Origin: Octopus bimaculoides | Lineage: Eukaryota | Direction: 5' to 3' | NCBI RefSeq assembly: GCF_001194135.2 | Contig: NC_068999.1 | Span: 30,769,531-30,810,811 of the forward strand | Length of the DNA: 41,281 bases | Shown: piece after piece, positions 1 to 9,246 of the stretch | Layout: the number at the start of each line of letters is the position of its first letter | Position numbering within the stretch: position 1 is the stretch's first letter | The notes under the pieces: model-generated | The model's input: the letters and a program-made list of their open reading frames with translations, nothing else | Databases searched by the model: none | What the model was told of the DNA's origin: nothing | Position numbers and translations under genes: made by a program

Positions 1-42
<42 letters not shown>

Positions 43-80
43 TATACAGAGAGAGAGATGAATAGAGAAAGAGGGAGAGA
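1..80. repeat. (TA)n and (GA)n microsatellites
   Basis: Direct reading: TA dinucleotides at 1-38 followed by GA-rich runs. Confidence 0.95.
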
Positions 81-126
81 CTAAGAGACGTATATGTGTT
101 TGGTACAGGTCTCTCTCTCTCTCTTC

Positions 127-260
127 TGAGCAGGCCAAAGCTTTGTAAATGGACTTGGCAGACCGAAACAGATAAAAGCCAGCTGTATATATGTGTGTGT
201 ATGTATGTATGAATGTGTGTACGTATGCCTGTGTGGGTATGTTTGTATGTATGTATAAGT
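127..260 (+). mobile_element. Degenerate fragment of SINE family A with its internal TA/TG microsatellite
   Basis: ccaaagctttgtaaatggacttggcagaccgaaacagataaaagcc resembles ccaaagccttgtgagtcgatttggtagacagaaactgaaagaagcc at about 11051-11097, followed by the same (TA/TG)n tract. Confidence 0.5.
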
Positions 261-599
261 GTACATCCCCACCTTTCATCACCATTGCTTCTTTTTCTTG
301 TCTTTTCGGTTGAAGTTGTGCTTATTTTCATTGTTTTGGATTTCTTTCGTTTTCTTTTTATCTCTAGGGAATTTGTTGACAAGCTTTTTCCATTTACTTT
401 TTTCGTTTCTTTTAAATTTATTTACGGTATACCCTCGTATTTTTTTCCTCGTCTGGCTTGAAATCTTCAGTTAACATCTTAACCAAAGTAAATAGATGGC
501 TCATCTATGTAGTTTGATCTTAGAACGGGGCCACTGAACCGCGGAGGCCACTTGCGACTGCAGGGGTTAGCGACGGTCCTGAAGGTATCTCTTTTAAGA

Positions 600-897
600 T
601 ATGTAGTGTAAAGTATGTTGTGTAAGGTATTAAAATTGTGTAGGACATGGTGTACATGGTATGACGTGTAAAGCATGTTGTGCAAGGTATGAAAGCTGTG
701 TAAGACATGCTATGTAAAACACACTGTGTATGGTATGCTGTGTAAGGTATACTGTATCTGGTGTGATGTATAAGACATGCTGTATAAAGTATGAATGATG
801 CATAAAGTATGCTGTATCTGATGTACTGTGTAAGGCATGCTGTGTAAAGTATGCTGTATCTGATGTACTGTGTAAGGCATGCTGTGTAAGACATGGC
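600..897. repeat. Minisatellite built on an approximately 14-bp unit (tgtgtaaggtatgc-like) with a 42-bp higher-order repeat
   Basis: agtatgctgtatctgatgtactgtgtaaggcatgctgtgtaa occurs at 806 and again at 848 (period 42). Degenerate 14-bp units flank it. The overlapping minus-strand ORFs here are repeat artefacts. Confidence 0.85.
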
Positions 898-1051
898 ATG
901 CCTTGAGGTTCATAGAACAGTTAATGTTTCCCTTGAGTTTTTGTACATTGAGGCTAAAGGGAATATTTTCTGATCTATATATTCTCTCACATACACAGCC
1001 CACCACAGACAAGGGTAAGTGGTGAGGAAGTCAAAAGCTGAAGGAAGCCTG

Positions 1052-1100
<49 letters not shown>

Positions 1101-1257
1101 TGTATGTATGTGTGTGTATATATATATATATATAGTGAATCCAAACAAAGAAGAACATACAAGAAAAATCAATAATGCGAGGAAGTGGTAGAAGTACTGT
1201 ATTATCAGATGCTCATGAAAGGAAGGAAAGAGAGGAAAATATAAATATATATATATA

Positions 1258-1278
1258 ATTATCCGAAATGTACAGTAT
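1258..1278 (+). repeat. Left copy of a 21-bp target-site duplication (right copy at 4159-4179)
   Basis: attatccgaaatgtacagtat is identical at both positions and brackets all PLE-1 homology. Confidence 0.85.
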
Positions 1279-1293
1279 TATATATCCATCCTG

Positions 1294-1383
1294 GCTAATC
1301 TTACCAATCAGTTTCACACAAGGAATATAATGGAGTGTTAGGTAACAATCCGATTACATAACCTTACGCTTGTCAGAGTTAGC
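1294..1383 (-). ncRNA. Type-I hammerhead ribozyme fold with extended helix II (decayed core CUGACAA)
   Basis: Minus strand: GCUAACU-CUGACAA-[GCGUAAGG...CCUUGUGU, 54 nt]-GAAAC-UGAUUG-GUA-AGAUUAGC. Helix I is 7 bp with one bulged A. Helix II extends through AUGUAAU/AUUAUAU, GGA/UCC and UGUU/AACA. Confidence 0.75.
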
Positions 1384-1926
1384 TGATATGAAAGGGTATA
1401 TGGTGACTGCTCTCTATTGTCAGCGGTAGATTAACACAACCAGTTTATGGTTGCTGTGAAAAAGGTGGTGAAACAAAAAAGGGCCAGGGAATTAGGTTAG
1501 AAATTATGTCCCTTGGTTAGGTATATTGTGAAGCCAGTAAGAGTTATCTTGAAGTGTGCATTATTAAGTGTGATACGTGTAGTGGTGTTATATGCATAAT
1601 TTTTTCCAGGAGTGTAGGTATATATAGTTGTATTCATTGGTCTGTTTTCTTTCTGTATTGGTTAAGGTTGTGTGTGTGTGTGTGGGGGGGGGTTATGTTA
1701 CCATGCAGTGTGCAATGTGTGTTTTTGGGGGTCTATATATGTGTGGGGGGGTACAATGTGTGTGAAAGAGTATATGCTGGGGGAGGTGGGAGGCAGTCTA
1801 TTTTGTGGGGTGTTCACCTTATAAGGGTGTGCATGTGTGTACATGGGTGCTTTTGGTCAAACTCTTTGCTGGGCCAGAAGGCATTGTTGGACGGTTGAGG
1901 CTGGGGACTTGTGGTTGCAGTCATGG

Positions 1927-3970
1927 TTAGGCACACAGGTATGATGAGAGGTACTTCCTTTCATGCGGGAAAGAATTAAACACCTCACTCCTGCATTTCA
2001 GATAAATATTTGGGCATTGGGTACCCTTTAAACTTGCTCTCTTCTCAGCCAGGCACAACCTGCACTCCCTGCTGCTATTGAAGTATGGTTTGCATTTCTC
2101 CAGGATCTTCCACTTTATGCTGCACTCTGTGCTGCTTTCTTTCAAAGACCAGTAGGGTTGTAGCATTACGTCTCTCTGAGATGTTTAAGAAAGACTGTTG
2201 CCCCCACATACTTTTGCACACTTGGTTGCCCATTGGGTCCTATGGCTGTTACCTCTGCTTCATATACAACTGTCTCCGTGTTACAACGGCCATTCAGTGG
2301 ACAAGTTGTGTTACTTCTGAATGAGCATTCTGCCTCTGCCATGAGTTTAAGCATACCTACTAAAATCTTTTTTACATTAGGTGCACAGCTAAAGAATATT
2401 CTCAAGGTATGTCTATTAAATATTTTGTTGAATCTATTAGTACGGGGGAAGTGTTTATCAACTAAACTAAGGAACATTTTACCTACTCTGGTTTTAACAT
2501 TTAAAGAGAAGCATTGCATCACTACACTTTCCAGTGGTGCTTTCTCTTGGTGGATTTAGGGTCTGGCATGTAACTAATACTATCCTTGAACCTGCTGGCA
2601 GCCAGAGCCCAGTTGTAGTGTGGGGCGGTAACATTAAAGCTCTCTTTGCTTGAAGACAAGCTGGAGATTCTCTGGCTAACACCCTTAACCAGGTTCCTGA
2701 ACACTACGGCTGGATGGCAGGAACCTGTGTTAATGCATGATGGCTTCTCATCTGGTTTCCTAAAGGGCCTATAGGCACCAGATTCGAGGTCCAGGGTCAT
2801 GTCAAGGAAATCTACCGTTTTCAGGTTGGTCTCTATTGTGACCTTCAGTCTGTGGGAGTTCATGGTACCTGTGAGGTCCTTTCTGAGCCTATCTAGCATG
2901 TGGCCATTAGCCCCTCTTGATATTGCTTGCATGTCATCTCTGTAGAGGCCAAAGCTAGTTGAAGGGAATTTCTTGTTTAGTATATCTAGGATGAAGAGAC
3001 CGACCAGGTCACATACATCAGCACTGTTGAAGGCACCCATTGCCATGTCGAAGGAGCTCTTTGGGTCAGTACGTTTGGCCCAAGCTGACCCCTTACTGAA
3101 AAGTAGGGTTCTTCTGGTGTGCATGTTAATGTGTATGTCCTTGTTGCTGACTTCAATGTGGGCCCTAGCAAAGTTCAGTGGTTTTAACAGGAGCTCCCTT
3201 GATATAGATGGGTAAAAATCCACTATATATTGGGTAAACCCAGCTCTACTCCCACTGCTATTGGTCTTAAACAATGTAATGACCTCATTGGTGTTGCACC
3301 ACAGGGCAAGGTCAGAGGTGTCTTTAACACCGTAACTGATCTTTCTGATGAGCCGTTTGCTCACCTGTCTGATCTCAGACTTCGCCGGGTTTATCAGCCT
3401 ACATTCAGGGTTAGAGGCAAAGTTAGGTTTATGATCCTTGATCATTATAAAGGCTTCTTTCATTGCCAGCATCTCTACTCTATTTTCTCTGCCTAGTTTA
3501 AACGCTATATCTCTGGCCTCTTGGTTACTACTATCATACGTCTGGAAGGTAGCCCTCCCGTACGTCTGTGTAATACTGTTGTTAAGTAGCTGTGCGTATG
3601 TGTCACTACTTACTCTATATAAATTTTTTGCTTTATCAGAGCAGAGACTGGTCCTATCAGAAGATTTAAGCCTACTGGTGTCTGTTCTAAGTTTATGTTG
3701 GAAAGGGTTTGAGGACTTATGGAATTTCAGGTGAGGTTCAATAGATCATTTTTGAAGGCCTCCAGTTTCTTGATCTTGGGTGGAAACTTCCTGGATCAAA
3801 GCTTAGAATGTTCAGTTTCCATTGGTGGTTTGGGCTGGTCAGAGTAAAAAGCCTTTCATCTCACCCACTTGAACACTTTGATTATTTTCTCCAGCAGCAG
3901 CCTTGTATAGAGTTTGTTCAGCGGTGTATTCTTTGTTGAATATCCCAAGTTGTAATATTCCAAATCTATT
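1927..3970 (-). pseudogene. PLE-1 RT plus GIY-YIG endonuclease ORF, broken by stops and frameshifts
   Basis: N-terminus LEYYNLGYSTKNTP...LLEKIIKVFKWVR*KAFY. RT motifs RLINPAKSEI, DFYPSIS, MAMGAFNSADVCDLVG, LYRDD, VDFLD (ORF 2522-3472). Linker KHFPRTNRFNKIFNR. Endonuclease CPLNGRC...VVYEAEV...KYVGAT, IKWKILEKCKPY...CRLCLAEK...RSEVF..FPHERKYL (ORFs 2166-2522 and 1927-2166). Confidence 0.93.
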
Positions 3971-4199
3971 TGTAAAAGATGTATATAATATTATAATCTT
4001 TGGTGACTAAGTAGAGTGCACTGCTGGTAAGTGTAGCTATATGGCACAAGCCACAGAGGACCTATCACAATACACTCTACATTTTGTGGCAGTGTGTGCA
4101 TGCATGAGTCATCTAAGAGACCATAAAGCACTTATATGTCTGTCAATAGTGTGGGTATATTATCCGAAATGTACAGTATATGTTTACTGTTCTGTTATT

Positions 4200-4880
4200 T
4201 GCAGTAAGAGTACTTAAACAGAAAGAGTACTTCATCCAATGAGGGATAAATATCATTTAATATACACATTATTTAAATGTAAGCTACTAATAGTTTCATG
4301 CCATGGAAACCCAATAATTTGGCAAATTTATATAACATGCCTTGTGTTGCACCTCTTTAAACAAATGTAAATGGATCAAAGAGAGATCAAAGACATGAAT
4401 GCTAAATATGGTGAAAAGATCACACATTCTTTTTAGATCCAAGAATTACTCCACACTACTTTATTCCAGATCTGAAATTTTAAGCAAATACAATTACATG
4501 GGCCAGTTCTTTTTGTCGAAGTGGAGTTTATCACTCTTTGCAGACTATGTGGCTGTCTCACAGAATTTGACCTCCTCCCCATTGAATTATTCTACACCAG
4601 GTAGATTAATTTTGATTTTGACTGACAAAGGGTATGCAACTATTGGTTTTCTTCTTTTTCTTTTCTTTCTTTTTTCCATTTTTATTCACCTCTTGTTTTC
4701 TTGTTCCACCTTTTGCATTACCTTCTCATTTTTTCTCATATCTTCTCATAGACCAGTATCCTGTTTTTTAAATAAGACCAACCAGGTGTATTTGAGCTTG
4801 AACGATTGCTCAGAGACACAAGGCATGTTAAATCTGCCAAATTGTGTTTTCACTGCATGAAACTATTAGTAGCTCACATT
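4200..4880 (+). mobile_element. Old 5'-truncated PLE 3' fragment (GIY-YIG C-terminus plus tail), a different family from PLE-1
   Basis: Frameshifted remnants NPIIWQI, NGSKR, SHILF...LLYSRSEILSKYNY..QFFLSKW match the C-terminal WKI...NGSKRC.LCL.EK...LN.RSEI.SKC.H pattern of PLE endonucleases. A T-rich tail and a hammerhead-like fold follow. Confidence 0.6.
4793..4876 (+). ncRNA. Type-I hammerhead-like fold with extended helix II (decayed core UUGAACGA)
   Basis: UGAGC-UUGAACGA-[53 nt: UGC..GAGACACAA-GGCA...UGCC-AAA-UUGUGUUUU..GCA]-GAAAC-UAUUA-GUA-GCUCA. Helix I is a perfect 5 bp, with a GUA triplet. Confidence 0.65.
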
Positions 4881-5065
4881 TAAATGTTGTGTATCTTAAA
4901 TGATATGTGTGTGTGTGAGAGAGAGAAAGAGAGAAAAGGTTGAGTTCTATTTCATCCTTTACTCTGGGTGGTTCCTAAGTTTGATTTCTAATAAAGATTC
5001 TTCATATTAAATTGGTAGTTTACTGTTGTAAGTATTTTTTGAATAAGAAAATGTTACAAGTATCA

Positions 5066-5691
5066 GGTGTGTTATGAGCATTTATAGAACGCGTATCCTA
5101 TAGAAACTCAACAAACAGTTAAAGATGGAAAAGAGAAGGTGTTAAAGGTTTTATAAAATTTTAATCTATGCATACAATCGTTTCGAACAGTAATATTAAC
5201 ATGTAAATAACATAGAAAAATTTAGAAATTAATGTAATTATAATTAAATTAATTACATATTGTTCTCTTCAGTGCAAAGGAAGAATACATCAAAAAGAAT
5301 GCATCAGAAGAAAATTATATTGTTACAGAAGACTAAATGGAGTGAGTGTCACATAACATATTTGGATATGCATAATATGCTTATGAAAAATGAAAGATAA
5401 AAATATGCTAAAGTAGTGTTGAGTCTCGTTGTGTATGAACTGTAACTGATGTGGCTAACGGTTGTTTGAAAATATAAGTGAGACATGTTTAAGAAACACT
5501 CTCTCTGTTTGAAGATAAGTAATTAAGCAATAGACATTCCATATAAAGCATTTATCAGAAGAAGTCAAAGATAATATAATATAATGCATGGATTAAAATT
5601 TTTTAATTCTTTTAACACCTTTTCTTCTCCATCTTTAATTGTTTGTTGAGTTTCCATAGGATACATGTTCTATAAATGCTCATAACACACC
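5066..5691. mobile_element. Foldback element with 108-bp imperfect terminal inverted repeats (PLE-derived inversion or MITE)
   Basis: 5066-5173 (ggtgtgttatgagcatttatagaac...aatctatgcat) is the reverse complement of 5584-5691 (atgcatggatt...gttctataaatgctcataacacacc) with about a dozen mismatches. A (TA)n tract follows. Confidence 0.8.
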
Positions 5692-5697
5692 TTATTC

Positions 5698-5698
5698 T

Positions 5699-5729
<31 letters not shown>

Positions 5730-5900
5730 GCACACATACACATATATACACACATATATATATATATATACATATACACACACACACATACACATATACA
5801 TACATATATATTTACACACACACACACACACATATATATATACACACATACACATGCACCATACATCTATGCACACGCACATACATATATATGTATACAC
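5698..5900. repeat. Compound (TA)n/(CA)n microsatellite
   Basis: Direct reading. The Y/I/H/T-rich ORFs here are artefacts. Confidence 0.95.
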
Positions 5901-6029
5901 ACGTAAATGTGTACTTGTGTGGCTTTGTCTTGACGTATTCATGGTGCATAAAAACAAAGTTATTTTGTATAAGACAGTGCCTTTGTTTACAATCTGCTGC
6001 AAAATACATGTTCTGCTCGTGAACTGTTC

Positions 6030-6345
6030 ACTATTCAAAGGACTGCAGAAAATAGTGCCTTACTTGGAAACAGGTGAGGGTTGTTAACCAGAAGAGCATC
6101 TGATCATGGAAAACTATTTCAATAAGTTCTGCTTGACCCATGCCATCACAGAAAATCATCATTGTCAACATCTAATGTCCATTTTTCATGGGTTGGTAGT
6201 GACAGGAACTTGCAAGGTTAGGGACTGCACCAGGGTTCATAGTCTATTGTGGTTTGGTTCCTATGGATGGATGCCCTTCCTAATGCCAACCACTTTACAA
6301 AGTGTACTGGGTGCTTTTTTTATGCGGCACCACCACCAGTGGTAG
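6030..6345. mobile_element. Two abutting RTE 3'-tail fragments in opposite orientation, followed by (GAT)n
   Basis: 6155-6345 (atcatcatt...aatgtccatttttcatg...ggatgcccttcctaatgccaaccact...gtgtactgggtgcttt) is the reverse complement of the RTE tail at 19325-19495. 6060-6150 resembles the same tail in forward orientation. Confidence 0.65.
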
Positions 6346-6475
6346 TGACAAAATGAAGATGATGATGATGATGATGATGATGAGGATGGTAATGACAATG
6401 ATGATTTCTTAGAATGGAATCATATTTATCACTTTATGTCTCTAAATTATCTTCATCATAATACTCTAATAATGG

Positions 6476-6660
6476 TTTCAAATTTTGGCACAAGCCAGAA
6501 ATTTCAGGAGAAGTAAGTCGTGGTACTTATTTTATTGACCCTGAAAGGATGAAAGGCAAAGTTGACCTCGGCAGAATTAGAACTCAGACCATAAAGATGG
6601 ACAAAATGCTGCTAAGCATGTTATCTAGCGTGCTAACGATTCCACCAGTTCACCACCCTT
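6476..6660 (-). mobile_element. SINE family B copy
   Basis: Reverse complement of the family seen forward at 17630-17841 (ggtacttatt...gaccctgaaaggatgaaaggcaaagttgacctcggcagaatt...gctaagcat...ccagttcaccacc). Confidence 0.85.
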
Positions 6661-7410
6661 CATGATTCTCTTATGATATCATCAATAAAATAGAGTACCT
6701 GTCAAGTTCAAGTCTCATGTAATTGATTGTCCCTGGCCCATTAAATTTCTTAGCACGGTGTCTATGTTAGACATTATATTTCAGTTTATAACACAATGGT
6801 CTTTAAATATGAAGTCTAAATTTAAATAATAACAATAACAATTAAAATAACAATCACACAAAAACAAAGTACAAAAAATAAAAAGGAAAAACCAGAAGCA
6901 TACATGTTCTTATTGATGACAACCTTGGATGTTTCTAAAATACTGTGATAGTAGCTGTTGTTGTTTATCCCCACCAAGTTAGCTATAATCAAAGATCTTC
7001 CAGTCATAAGCATCTTATCGTAAAGGGTTTGCATGACTACAACATGTCCAATGTGTTCTTTCCTTGTTTAAGACATTAAGATGTGATTTCAAGAAGATTT
7101 GGTGCTATTTCTAGCAAGTACCCAATTCAGCTCATCACTGTGGTTGTAGATTAGTTTAGATTAAAAACTAGAATAAGAACCAGAAGTATTTTACCGATTA
7201 GAGTTTTTGTCAAACTCATAGAATAACTTTTAGAGTTTTAAATCATTCATTAACTGAAAGGTATAAGATTCACCTGCATGAGAAATGAATGTAAAATGAT
7301 GATGATGATGATACATACATACATATATACACACTTATACATACATAATACATATGTATGTACGTATGTGTGTGTGTGTGTATGTGTGTGTGTATATATA
7401 TATATATATA

Positions 7411-9133
7411 TTAGTCAATTCGAGGATGTCAGGTCCTCATTAGGGATTAAATAATCCAAAGATTTCACTGGTTAATCACCATCATATAAGGAGAAAGTAT
7501 TGGTGTTTTGTTAGGGAATATTATAGTAATACATATTAATACTGATAAAAGGAAGAAAATGGAGAATTATAGATTTATTTGTATGATATAATGAGGTTGA
7601 AAGATTTTTTTATAAAAGCAATTCAAATAAATTATGAATTATAAAGCTCTAAAAGAAATGGTAGATGCCAAAAACATACATATATGTTTTGAGTCATGCC
7701 CCATAGGTGATTAGTAATTCTAAGCATTTGGGTAAAGTCATATGCTAAGAATTGGTCATCATTTTCAACTATATGGGGCAGAATCTCATTAGGGCTTTAT
7801 GAGCTTATACACTATAAAGGTTAATATATCTCTTGAAAGGGTGTAGATGAATTACTAAGAAGTTTAAAAAGTTAGATTATATATATTATGTGTATGTATT
7901 TAGCTAGTGAATTATGCATGTAAATAAAGATACAATAAAATAAAAAAATAAAAATAACATACAAATAAAGGTAAAGTAAGAAGATATAATATAAAAAGTA
8001 AAGAAAAATATAAATATATGTAAAATAGCATATAAATTTAAAGAAAAAGAAAGAACGATACTTAAATATGCAAGGGAAGAATTATATAATAAAATAAATG
8101 AAGGATAAGTTAGATAGTAAAAGATTATTTTCATTTATCTATTATCAGAAAGATTAAGTTGTTAGAGTTGTTTTGGGAAGTTTAATATCTAGAATTAATC
8201 AGTTAAGAGGTCAAATTAAAAGAGAAGTCCAACGAGAGAGTGAAGAGAAATAGAATAAAATATAGCATAATGAAATAAAATATAGTAGAATATGTGGCAG
8301 CATATATTGGGTATTTGTTATAATGTAACATATGTTTCTAATAATTAATTATTAACTAAATGAATAAGTAAATTGGAGATCATTTCATTATATGTAGGAA
8401 TAGTGTATAACATTATACGAAGAAAAAGTGCAGTATTTGTATTCATGATCGATTTTTTTATTTTGCTAAGGTAGATTAGAATAGAACTATTTAGTAGCTA
8501 AACCAAGTGTTGATATTTAAAGATTATTTAATAAATATGAATTGTAATATAATTTAATTTATTCTTTAAAAATAAGAAAGAAATAACTCATATGCTAGGA
8601 ATTTATAGGTAAGGGGATATTATTTATATATATTATGAAAAAAAAATAAGAGTGAATGATTGTTAAAATATAACCATTTATATATTATGCATATGTTAGA
8701 AATAAGTATATTTAGGCAAGATATAATATATATTTTACATTTCACAAAATTATAAAGATAACTGCTGGTTCTAATAAAGATCTAGTTAATTCAGTTTCAA
8801 ATTCAGTAAAAATATTTATGGTTAATAAGGTACCTAACAATTAGTGATATTAATCAAAGAATGGTTAATGATATTTATAAAATAGATATTCAGGAGTGTG
8901 TAGGCAAGCCGAGAATTTTTCAACCCTCTCATTTAATAATTGTTTGCTAGTAAAATGGATGTTATAGCACACTAAAGTGTAGAGTTGACAAATTCTATCA
9001 GGTGGGTGGTAAGATTTTGCAGTACATATAATTTTCTATCTAATTTTAAAACTGATATTACTGTCTTTTAATTTCCAGATGAATTTACTAAGACTAGTTG
9101 AAGAACGTTTATTGGGATTTCTAAATGAGCATC
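7411..9133 (-). repeat. Inverted arm of PLE-2 (last about 90 codons of GIY-YIG plus the full 3' tail)
   Basis: Examples: gaagaacgtttattgggatttctaaatga (about 9100-9128) is the reverse complement of tcatttagaaatcccaataaacgttcttc (about 12038-12066). ttagtaattctaagcat (7711 onward) pairs with atgcttagaattactaa (about 14384-14400). Confidence 0.92.
7670..7798 (-). ncRNA. Type-I hammerhead fold with approximately 95-nt helix II, copy in the inverted arm
   Basis: Minus strand: AAAGCC-CUAAUGA-GAUUC-UGCCCCAUA...UAUGGGGCA-U-GACUC-AAAA-CAUAUAUG-UA-UGUUUU. There is a perfect 9-bp UGCCCCAUA/UAUGGGGCA segment, an inner AAUUCUUAGCAU/AUGCUUAGAAUU segment (11 of 12 pairs) and a palindromic loop III. The core has G-to-A changes at G5 and G12. 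Confidence 0.72.
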
Positions 9134-9246
9134 CTCGAATTGACTGAATATTATTAACACATATCAATGTGTATATGTATTACTTTTTATTACATTAAGA
9201 TATATATAGTATATATAAATATTAATTTGAAAATTCCACTGGAAAA

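Larger units (their letters stand above)
1279..4158 (-). mobile_element. Penelope-like retroelement PLE-1 (Cys-linker / Neptune-type), near full length, decayed
   Basis: RT and GIY-YIG remnants read on the minus strand. The element is bounded by an exact 21-bp direct repeat attatccgaaatgtacagtat at 1258-1278 and 4159-4179. A hammerhead-like fold lies at its 3' end. Confidence 0.92.

Noticed and set aside
213-474. Hydrophobic 71-82 aa ORFs resembling membrane peptides
   Set aside because: They result from T-rich low-complexity sequence next to a microsatellite.
520-1012. Overlapping 89-124 aa minus-strand ORFs with repeated motifs
   Set aside because: These are translations of the 14/42-bp minisatellite.
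5273-5341. 69-nt AG...GTGAGT candidate exon (CKGRIHQKEC...)
   Set aside because: It lies inside the 108-bp foldback element, its frames give no recognisable protein, and no partner exons were found.
7411-7460. CUAAUGAGGA-CCUGACA-UCCUC-GAAU (minus strand) as a complete second hammerhead in the PLE-2 tail
   Set aside because: Both visible copies read GAAU rather than GAAA, and no helix I partner follows. It is kept only as a junction landmark.
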